Positions 56,008 through 64,000 of a stretch of DNA of 64,000 bases are shown in pieces. Both the position numbers and the translations under genes were made by a program. A model generated the notes under the pieces. The model was given only the letters and a program-made list of their open reading frames with translations, had not been told where the DNA came from and did no database searches. Source of the DNA: an uncultured virus (IMG/VR IMGVR_UViG_3300023435_000001) (taxonomy: Duplodnaviria > Heunggongvirae > Uroviricota > Caudoviricetes); the IMG/VR virus record IMGVR_UViG_3300023435_000001, one strand, 5' to 3'. Numbering within the stretch: the stretch's first letter is position 1; each line of letters starts with the position of its first letter.

Positions 56008-57638
56008 CGGTATCCACGAATCAATTGTAGGTCTTGTTCACTAAGTATTTGAATTAATACAGACTCAATCCTCTCCCAATTAGGTGAAATATGCCCTGGA
56101 CGAACTGAGTGGCAATCAGACATATTTTTAATACTAACCCTTTTAGGCCAACACGAACGATCAATACGATCTACTGGAGGTCCACCGCGACGATCAAACA
56201 TTTGACATTTATCAGGGTATCCACTCCAAGCTTTTATTTTTTTACCGAACATTTCTTCATCATAACACCAAAGCCTCATACCGTCCTGCTGCTTATCCAA
56301 ACCATCAGTGTAGAATATAGCTTTTAAACTCTTCTCTATATTAGTAGCATCAGCTGGCTGCATGATCTCGCGCCAAGTCTTAACTTTTGCTCCAACATAG
56401 CAAAGCGGAAAATGTGAACCACCGTACGCGTTAGCATAATCCAAGTGAACTTCTTTATCCATGTTCTGCTTATTGAAAAACGCTTTACTAAGTGGTAGCA
56501 TATCCATGTCACTCGTCATCATGTACATTTCATCATGATACATTGGTAGACACGATGCATACATGCGTGCATTTTGTGCAATGGTAGAAGACTTAAATTT
56601 ATCAATTGGTTTAATGAAATGAATTTCAGCCCCATATGCTCTAGCAAAGTTAAGCGCATACTTCTTTACAGGATCATTCAACCAGTTGGTGATACTGTCG
56701 GCTATAAGAATCACTGGGCAGAACCCCATGTACTTCTGCCATAGCATTGTTACAATGCCCATAAAGAAAAAGTAAGTAATGCTAGCATCAACCGCGAGTA
56801 TTACCCGTCTCCTATTTATGCAAGCGTTTTCAAGATTCAAGTGTGAAAAATCTTGAACAACATACGCGCCCTTTTCCGCGTAATCAATTTTGTCTATGGC
56901 ACATCTGAGCCCTACTTTATTTAGTTCAGTGTACCAAGCATCCCAGTCGCATCTTGCAGTACCCATAAAAGGAATACACTTATCAATCACCGTAGTAGGT
57001 TTAACAATCGGTAAGTCAACTGCACCTTGTCGCTGATGTCTAACTGAATGAAATGCTGAATGCTTTTTTAATACAGGCCATACATGCGCATTTAATAACT
57101 GTTGATCTGTTCCGTGTTCATTAAGCTTATTGTCATATCCGTGACGACGTATTAATTCATTAACTGAATTACATTTTAACGCGGCCTTTGCATCCTTAGC
57201 TTTGAACCCTATCAACCCTCCAAGCATTGGGCATGAGTGCGATGTGTTATCTTGTATACAGTGCAGTGTTTTACCTGAACCAATAAACTGTTCATGCATT
57301 GCACGTTCACGATGCGTCGGCGAATGATCAACGTCCCTACAAAATAAGTAATCAACTGTAGGATCAAACATCGGTTCCAAGCGCCACATCATAGCTTTGC
57401 ATATGTCTGGATTAGTTCCCATGAATTTAAGATTAACTAACCCAGCACTTTCCAAGCGTAAAAGTACGCCACCATAATAGTTGTTATAAAGACTTTCATC
57501 ATGATAAATCCAAAGTTCATAGTCTGGAAACAAACAGAGATAACCCCACACAGAATGCTTCAAGTGCTGCCAATAATACCCAGGACGTCCGACGTGCTTT
57601 TTGTGATCGAATACAGCTAAGCTAATCACTTTCTTCAT
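55971..57638 (-). CDS. Two-domain glycosyltransferase-like protein
   Basis: MMWR..FCRDVD..DQ..L, plus a second domain with TSDMDMLP, PLCY, DCHS.R. Confidence 0.65.
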   Translation of the reverse strand: MKKVISLAVFDHKKHVGRPGYYWQHLKHSVWGYLCLFPDYELWIYHDESLYNNYYGGVLLRLESAGLVNLKFMGTNPDICKAMMWRLEPMFDPTVDYLFCRDVDHSPTHRERAMHEQFIGSGKTLHCIQDNTSHSCPMLGGLIGFKAKDAKAALKCNSVNELIRRHGYDNKLNEHGTDQQLLNAHVWPVLKKHSAFHSVRHQRQGAVDLPIVKPTTVIDKCIPFMGTARCDWDAWYTELNKVGLRCAIDKIDYAEKGAYVVQDFSHLNLENACINRRRVILAVDASITYFFFMGIVTMLWQKYMGFCPVILIADSITNWLNDPVKKYALNFARAYGAEIHFIKPIDKFKSSTIAQNARMYASCLPMYHDEMYMMTSDMDMLPLSKAFFNKQNMDKEVHLDYANAYGGSHFPLCYVGAKVKTWREIMQPADATNIEKSLKAIFYTDGLDKQQDGMRLWCYDEEMFGKKIKAWSGYPDKCQMFDRRGGPPVDRIDRSCWPKRVSIKNMSDCHSVRPGHISPNWERIESVLIQILSEQDLQLIRGYRWNFCTLVNKEK

Positions 57639-58252
57639 AGGTTAAACTCCGCACCATCAAAATAACCAGACTTAATTTTCTTGTTATAATCTTCTGGATA
57701 ATCGATGTCATCTGTTTTATCTTGAATTAACGTCCTGAACCATTGATCGGTCCAAGTCTTGTCTATTGGAATTCCTACCAGTGATCGGTAAAGCTCCCAT
57801 GCAGATCCAATTGCACTTTGTGCTAAAATATTATCAATACTTTCAATTACTTTATCATACATCATTTCAGTAAATCGAAAACAAAACTGTTCATCAAACG
57901 AACCGTAGAATTGAAATGATTTATTTATGTTTTGCTTCACACAAGTCTGAAAGCATTTCTTCGTAAAGATGACATCGCCCAGTAAAAATATTACTTCTGT
58001 GTGTGTCTTCCATAGATTCGCTGAACTCTTAACTGTATTCAAAAGTGTGTCGTGATTTTCTGGTACTACCCACTGGTTGATGCACATACTTCTAATCTTC
58101 GGCTGATGTGACAATACAGTATATCGATATCCATACTTTTTCACCATATCAATCTGGCGCTGCAGCACTGTAGTACCTCGCACTTGCTGAAGCTGTTTTA
58201 CAGTGCCACCCCATCGCGTAGCGTCTCCACTTGCTAGAATAAAAATCTTCAT
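57635..58252 (-). CDS. Nucleotidyltransferase-like protein
   Basis: ILASGDATRWGG..KQL, FLLGDV, DDIDYPEDY. Confidence 0.75.
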   Translation of the reverse strand: MKIFILASGDATRWGGTVKQLQQVRGTTVLQRQIDMVKKYGYRYTVLSHQPKIRSMCINQWVVPENHDTLLNTVKSSANLWKTHTEVIFLLGDVIFTKKCFQTCVKQNINKSFQFYGSFDEQFCFRFTEMMYDKVIESIDNILAQSAIGSAWELYRSLVGIPIDKTWTDQWFRTLIQDKTDDIDYPEDYNKKIKSGYFDGAEFNL

Positions 58253-58938
58253 ATCATTATCTCCATTGGAAATCCAGCTGCTTTTCTGGTCAAGTACGTT
58301 TGTTTATCAGGATCACCCATTGCTGAATTACGACGGTACAGCGCGTCTTTTGAGTTAGGGCCTCCGCACCAATCATGATGTATAAGCACACGGTTATCAT
58401 AATAGCATTTTCCTAAAGCTTTAACTACATCAGTGAATTCATTATCACAGTAAAAGCTTCTATAACTTGGATGATAAACATAATTGAATCGCTCATACAA
58501 CTTTCGACCGATTATAGACAAAGTTATAGTTCGGTTTTTTCCAAACTTACCATCATTAAGATGAATAGCCCCGTCAGTGTCTGGAAAGTGATCTTGCATT
58601 AGTTTAACTATATCTAAATCAAAATCTTGCTTGTTTGGGATCATATCGTCAGACACTAGAATCAAAATGTCCCAGTCTTTACACTTATCAACATCAGCGT
58701 TACACGCATCGATTTTATCTTGATGATCTCCGTAGTAAAAGTTTAAATTAGTTATTGATTTCATTAACGAAACAACACGCATCTGTTTCATAGATTCATC
58801 ATCGTCATTTAAAGTAACTACAAACTCGAAGTTACATTTATCACTAACACGCGCGTAGTATAGTCCGAGCGTTTTTATAAACCATTCTGGTCTTGATCTT
58901 GTAGGATACTTAAATAGAATCTTCATATCAGCTCGCAA
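58249..58938 (-). CDS. GT2-like glycosyltransferase
   Basis: PTRSRP, VSDDM, YCDNEF. Confidence 0.8.
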   Translation of the reverse strand: MRADMKILFKYPTRSRPEWFIKTLGLYYARVSDKCNFEFVVTLNDDDESMKQMRVVSLMKSITNLNFYYGDHQDKIDACNADVDKCKDWDILILVSDDMIPNKQDFDLDIVKLMQDHFPDTDGAIHLNDGKFGKNRTITLSIIGRKLYERFNYVYHPSYRSFYCDNEFTDVVKALGKCYYDNRVLIHHDWCGGPNSKDALYRRNSAMGDPDKQTYLTRKAAGFPMEIMI

Positions 58939-59485
58939 AGTAATAGTATATTATTCCTTGAATCAACGCTTCACTTTTAATCAATGGTAAAACACGCTCA
59001 GAAAAATCCTTGTCCTCACCTATAGTTATATTTTTATAAGGTACTTGCTCAACGATAGACTTCTTAATAGCATTAAGATGATTCGGTGAACGGTAGTATA
59101 CTCGTTCCTTCTCATACCATTCTTTAAACATTAATGAGTGTTTAAACACTCGCTTTAGTTTTTTTGTACCCCGTGTCATTGTGATCTCACCTTGTAAGCT
59201 ACAGCAGTCTTTGTTTAGTTCGATAGCACTCAAAACTTTTTCAACATAATCATCAGAGACTAAATCATCATCATCTATAAAAGCTACATACTCACCTATA
59301 GCTCTTACTATTAAATTATTCCTTTTGTGTCCGGTAGTTATTTTATGGTTATCGATCTCTGTAATGATTTCAACTTCATCAGTTACCTGTTTCTCTAAGC
59401 ATTTAAGCAACCTAGTTAGCAGTTCTTTACGCTCTACAAGAGAACAAATCAAAATTGATAGCTTTTTATTCATAATGTAACCCAT
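58928..59485 (-). CDS. GT2 glycosyltransferase
   Basis: LSILICS, GHKRN, GEYVAFIDDDD, GED. Confidence 0.88.
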   Translation of the reverse strand: MGYIMNKKLSILICSLVERKELLTRLLKCLEKQVTDEVEIITEIDNHKITTGHKRNNLIVRAIGEYVAFIDDDDLVSDDYVEKVLSAIELNKDCCSLQGEITMTRGTKKLKRVFKHSLMFKEWYEKERVYYRSPNHLNAIKKSIVEQVPYKNITIGEDKDFSERVLPLIKSEALIQGIIYYYFAS

Positions 59486-60120
59486 GGTTGATATTCGATA
59501 TGGTTATTTAATACACTTATTTTAGAGTGTGATATTACTTTAATGTGTGTATGATTTTTTAAAACATTAATTGCTTCAATGAAACACATTAAGTACTTAT
59601 TAAAATTCTGTTCGCTAATCCCATGCTTATATCTGTTATGATAGTGGCACTTTTTGTCAGTGCGTGTAAAATCATAACCAAGCAGGTGGATAACATCATA
59701 CTTTAAAAGTATTGCTAACTGCATCGCACAGTAACCACTGTTGTATCCAGTTCTAAAATCACTAAACGAAAATCCTAAGCCTTCAACGCCTGCATTTCTT
59801 ATAATCATATTAACTACAAAGGGATTGTACACGTATCCGTTGTGAATATTTTTAAACACACCATCACGAAACTTCATTGTACAATGATCAGGATTAGTAA
59901 CTAATACCCATGTAGTTTTTATCCCGGTAAATTCTCCTTCTTGTATGCGCTTAAGAATTGTAGAATCAGCGGTGATTGAAAACGTAGGGGAAGGAACGTC
60001 AAGCGCCGCCATGTTTACCGCGATTGTAGTCTTGTGCTGAAGCGTAGAAAAATCGAATCCACGAAGACTTGCTCCCCCACCTATCAGATAAATCTCGTTG
60101 TACATGATGCGAATCTCCAA
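59470..60120 (-). CDS. DUF115/Maf-like putative glycosyltransferase
   Basis: YLIGGGASL, TIAVN, NSGYCAMQLA, HLLGYDF. Confidence 0.7.
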   Translation of the reverse strand: MEIRIMYNEIYLIGGGASLRGFDFSTLQHKTTIAVNMAALDVPSPTFSITADSTILKRIQEGEFTGIKTTWVLVTNPDHCTMKFRDGVFKNIHNGYVYNPFVVNMIIRNAGVEGLGFSFSDFRTGYNSGYCAMQLAILLKYDVIHLLGYDFTRTDKKCHYHNRYKHGISEQNFNKYLMCFIEAINVLKNHTHIKVISHSKISVLNNHIEYQPWVTL

Positions 60121-60457
60121 TCGTTATTTAAATACTACTCTAATACCTTACCACAGGCCACTACTTATACTCTAAGGCACTTTATACTGTTATTTGATTG
60201 ATTATACACTAGAAGGCTTAAGAGCCTTAGAATCGATCCTGTGTCCTATCATAAGTCCTTTGTTTATAACGACTTATGCTCAGGCACTACTTCATTGATT
60301 ATAAGTACTTTACCTGTAACGACTTAGAGTTATATTATAGAAGATGTAATGATTTGAAAATTAAATCAGAAACACTCCAAATAGGTATTTCTAAAAAATT
60401 GTAATATGACGCTAAAGCGCCCTCAGTTAATAGATAAATTAAAACATCCATAGTACC

Positions 60458-63400
60458 CTACGCTGTAATATCTACTTTAACTTCAACAATTGCGGTAATA
60501 CGACAGAGGTCATCAACCGTAAACCGTACTGACTTCCATCCGGTGCCAGAAATTAAACTTGTAATATCAATATCAATTTGATCGCCTGTATAATCTCCAG
60601 ACGATGAACCGTATCCACTGCCGTCATCAACGTTATAATGCAACGTTATGGAGTTTGATTCTTCGTAAATTCCAAACACTAAGCCATGTGTATGCGCCAG
60701 CATTATGTGTGTGTGTCCAAGGTCAGTAGTTGGATGCGTATGTGAACTTGCGATACTGTGATTATGTGGATTATTTGGTGCAGCATAACTGGTTAAACCA
60801 GATATGTTTGTACTAACAGTTAATACGGGTCCTGCAAACGACTGCATAGTTAAAGAAGCTTCTTCTGCATCAGAAGTAGAATACGCCCTAAAGTCCCTTA
60901 TTTTAAATGATAACTTTACAGAAATTATATCTGTAGTTTCTGATGGAATTTTAAAATCTAAAGTTACTGGGTGTGCAGCATCTCCCGAATCGTTACCATT
61001 CCAAGCCATTGTTTGTCGCAACTCTGCATACGCACTAGCGCGTATCGTACCTGCTAATAAAACACCAGCATGAATTAGTTGCATTCCATTCGCTGGATGA
61101 ACAACACCATTATCATTATCATTAACTGCCATCAACCAGTTACCGGATGCTATTGCTTCGTTAATATCATCCGTTGTTCTGAAAATAGTTGTAAAGTCTG
61201 GGTCCCAATAAATAAATTCCTTATCTGTTGAATCAGCTGTGATGTTATAAGTTGTATCTTTAAACCTAAAATAAATAGGGTTAGTTCCATCAGTAGCTTC
61301 CCAGGTCGCTGTTCCACTACTACCCGTATGGTCCCAAGTTAAATTGCTAGTCCATGGGATGTCACTTGATGGCTGTTGAGGTAACGCGTTAGCGATCATT
61401 GTTTGAACATTAAATAATGATGAAGGCTCAGCGAGCTTATTTTCAGTGTGTGCAGGAGTGTACTCCGGGTAGTCAACTGTTGGTGCTACGCTATCGATAT
61501 CGAATAAATCAGGAGCGTAATTCTCAACAGCAATAGTATAAGTATGATCTGAATTCCATTGTTTATTAATAATCCTACGTATTACGAAGTCGGTCTCAGC
61601 CCCGATAGTTACGATGTCTCGGTAGCTCACATCATAACTTAAGCTTGCAGGTGCAATGCTAATTAAAGGGCCAGTGATGCCTGTGATAGTGTAATCATGA
61701 GTTAATACTTGACCAGAACTTGGAACATAAGATCGAATATAAATTTTATTTCCAATATCATCAGTACTAGCATCTCGATCTAACGTAAGTTCACTACCGG
61801 ATGAATCATCTGATTCTAACACAAGGTAACTTTTGCCCCAGTTAGGCTTTGTCCGTTGTATTTTATAAACACCTCCTAACTCGTAGAGTAAAGCATCTTT
61901 ATACATCGCAAAAGTATTAAACTCATTAATAAGCTGATTACGACCTAAAGCGAAAGCTGCTACTCTGGTAGCTAAAGCCCGCTTCTTAATTCCTAATCCC
62001 ATTATATCAATTTTGTTTGTGTAGTTACCTGCACTAGAATTACTGATAGGCCACTTGATACGCTTATACCCACGATCAGCGTCTTCATAATCTATGACGC
62101 ATGTACCAGCTCTATTTATTGGCTGAGTCCATTCTTGAAGCCAAGAGTCTGCTAATATGTTTTGGTCGGTTATAATTTCATAATCACCGTCCCAAGCTTG
62201 ATCAAGCCAACCAGTAAGTTCTAGCCCATCCCAATATAATCTTGCACGCCCAATTGACGCTATTTGAAAACAAGTTTTCCATAGTTCAGAACTTTGATTA
62301 ATCATGATATTACAAGGTAATATCTCTGTCGTTCCTCCGTCACCATCATCTACTAGAGTAGCACATAACTGTGCCCATTCATAAAAGAATGCGGTGTTCA
62401 TAGATGAAGGCTGGAACAACTCATAAAACTCAACATCGTACGCTATTGAACTACCATTACCAGTTACGCTTGGTTGAGTTAGCATGTTGTATACTACCCA
62501 TGCTCTTAGATTACTGTATTCCCAATTCCAAGAAGTTCCATTATATACTCTGAGAATCTTTCCTTCTCTTACACACTTAACTTGTACGGCGCCCTGTAAC
62601 CTATCTGAAGCTTTAGCGATAATGCCAATCATCGCGATACCAGGATGATTAAACGCTACGTCAATTACGCCACGATAAGATCTAAGTCTTACCTCGTCAC
62701 CGTATCTTGATTTATTTCGATCAGTGCTAGTCTTCGTTACTCGTAACTGATAGTGTGAAGATCTATTTATAGTAAAGGATATCGAAGAATCTTCAGTGGA
62801 ATATTCTTTATAATACGGAGCGAGTTGGTTTCGTATTACATTTTCATTAACTAACGTGGTCCAAGACCCACTGCCTACAACAGCGATCTCAACCTTAGCA
62901 CCGACGTAACTAGATTCTTGATCACCGGTTTTATCGTAGTGATAAATTCCACGATCAAAACCTAATGTGAATTCTATCTCATCAAACCCACTTCGTGGTA
63001 AGTTAAAAGTCTGAGCGCCATCAGCACTCGTAATCTCTGCGTTATCTCGTATCTCAACTTTATCAACTTCAAACCCCGCCATTGCGGTTTGATCATCTGT
63101 ACCTAAATTCTGTGTAACAGTTACATCAGCAAAATTACCTACAGGTTGGTTATTTATATAAACTTTCTGTAAGTCTACACCACTTGTAGGTCCTTCACAA
63201 TGAACAATCTTTAAGTACAGTTGCTCGTCACCATTCTCATCGATATTAGTCCATCTTGAAGCAATGTTACCATATCGAATATTTTCGCCGTACTCTTCAG
63301 CTATCGGTATACCTTCAACCTGAGTATTCGCAGTATCAAATCCAAAAGACTGCTCGCCTGTTCCTTGTTTCCCGTCACTTTCTGGTAAGTTCTGCTGGAA

Positions 63401-63748
63401 TAGCATACCTCCAAGATAACTAAAAGCCATAGATAGCAGAAGTGAGGGCGCTGATGCCCAAATGGTTGATGCTATCCACCCAATAGCTTGAAATATGAAT
63501 CCAGGTCTTGGAGTTATTTCAATCTTATCGCCTGGAATAACATTAGTACTAAGTAATAGGTCATGGGCAACTACCTCACGATTTACTAGAATCTCTTTTG
63601 AACCTAAATTCTCCGCGTAATTACTACAGACAGCGTGTAGCGTTTCACGCCGATAAGGTCGCACGAAATAATCAGCGAATAAAGGCTTATCGGCTGTGTC
63701 CTTATACACAATTATTTCAACTCTTTTTGGTTTTGTACTAACAGACAT
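60458..63748 (-). CDS. Tail tip/central fibre protein (lambda gpJ-like) with fused gpI-like N-terminus
   Basis: EGIPIAEEYG, CEGP, YINNQP, HPGIA, AWVVYNML; N-terminal PGDKIEITPRPG. Confidence 0.88.
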   Translation of the reverse strand: MSVSTKPKRVEIIVYKDTADKPLFADYFVRPYRRETLHAVCSNYAENLGSKEILVNREVVAHDLLLSTNVIPGDKIEITPRPGFIFQAIGWIASTIWASAPSLLLSMAFSYLGGMLFQQNLPESDGKQGTGEQSFGFDTANTQVEGIPIAEEYGENIRYGNIASRWTNIDENGDEQLYLKIVHCEGPTSGVDLQKVYINNQPVGNFADVTVTQNLGTDDQTAMAGFEVDKVEIRDNAEITSADGAQTFNLPRSGFDEIEFTLGFDRGIYHYDKTGDQESSYVGAKVEIAVVGSGSWTTLVNENVIRNQLAPYYKEYSTEDSSISFTINRSSHYQLRVTKTSTDRNKSRYGDEVRLRSYRGVIDVAFNHPGIAMIGIIAKASDRLQGAVQVKCVREGKILRVYNGTSWNWEYSNLRAWVVYNMLTQPSVTGNGSSIAYDVEFYELFQPSSMNTAFFYEWAQLCATLVDDGDGGTTEILPCNIMINQSSELWKTCFQIASIGRARLYWDGLELTGWLDQAWDGDYEIITDQNILADSWLQEWTQPINRAGTCVIDYEDADRGYKRIKWPISNSSAGNYTNKIDIMGLGIKKRALATRVAAFALGRNQLINEFNTFAMYKDALLYELGGVYKIQRTKPNWGKSYLVLESDDSSGSELTLDRDASTDDIGNKIYIRSYVPSSGQVLTHDYTITGITGPLISIAPASLSYDVSYRDIVTIGAETDFVIRRIINKQWNSDHTYTIAVENYAPDLFDIDSVAPTVDYPEYTPAHTENKLAEPSSLFNVQTMIANALPQQPSSDIPWTSNLTWDHTGSSGTATWEATDGTNPIYFRFKDTTYNITADSTDKEFIYWDPDFTTIFRTTDDINEAIASGNWLMAVNDNDNGVVHPANGMQLIHAGVLLAGTIRASAYAELRQTMAWNGNDSGDAAHPVTLDFKIPSETTDIISVKLSFKIRDFRAYSTSDAEEASLTMQSFAGPVLTVSTNISGLTSYAAPNNPHNHSIASSHTHPTTDLGHTHIMLAHTHGLVFGIYEESNSITLHYNVDDGSGYGSSSGDYTGDQIDIDITSLISGTGWKSVRFTVDDLCRITAIVEVKVDITA

Positions 63749-64000
63749 AATAGCCTTTTACGTATTTTAAAATGCGCTTATCTAATCTACTTTTTATAAC
63801 GTAAACTCCTGAAGGTCGTTCAATAGCGTGTAAGATGTGTAAGCAATCCGGCCAGATAAGAGCAGTATGCCAAATATTACCTTCAAATTGAAATAGAACT
63901 ATTGAATGTAATGAACATTTTTCAAATCTAGTCATTTGCCAAACTGAGTCTGGTAAACTAATTCCGAGGGTTTTACAGCTAAATCTACAAAATGACCAGC
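63738..64000 (-). CDS. NlpC/P60 tail tip protein (gpK-like), partial
   Basis: Frame is open to the window edge, reading (C)WSFCR...; WHTAL...ILHA histidines; directly upstream of J. Confidence 0.75.
   Translation of the reverse strand, partial: WSFCRFSCKTLGISLPDSVWQMTRFEKCSLHSIVLFQFEGNIWHTALIWPDCLHILHAIERPSGVYVIKSRLDKRILKYVKGYYVC

Noticed and set aside
656..61073. All plus-strand ORFs in the track
   Set aside because: Short antisense shadows of minus-strand genes with no recognisable motifs.
1..64000. Integrase, tRNA genes, alternative genetic code
   Set aside because: None recognised by eye; long ORFs are intact in the standard code and TGA/TAG serve as normal stops.

Overview
The window is most of a long-tailed (siphovirus-like) dsDNA phage genome, with every credible gene on the minus strand. 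Gene order implies circular permutation: the tailspike runs off position 1, and the NlpC/P60 and tail-tip J genes re-enter at 64000. Modules, in reading direction: tail tip; a 9-gene glycosyl/methyltransferase cluster (53.3-60.1 kb); DNA replication (SNF2 helicase, DnaG-TOPRIM/MCM-like primase-helicase, two DNA methyltransferases, dCMP deaminase, family A polymerase); an early region of small ORFs (29-41 kb); terminase, portal, capsid and tail genes. The strongest finding is four type II hammerhead ribozymes with covarying stems and pseudoknots in the early transcript (37.6-40.7 kb). Each lies just upstream of a ribosome-binding site, two have variant cores, and one pair brackets a PEP-CTERM gene. 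Other notable features: two 231-bp inverted-repeat/(TA)9 elements that bracket the replication and early module, one next to 32-bp iterons; seven tail-fibre/tailspike-type proteins that all carry Sec-type signal peptides; and a recently amplified 7-blade propeller whose variable codons are all NNY, a DGR-like pattern. No integrase, reverse transcriptase, tRNA or CRISPR array was recognised. Protein family calls rest on motif recognition by eye, not on database searches.
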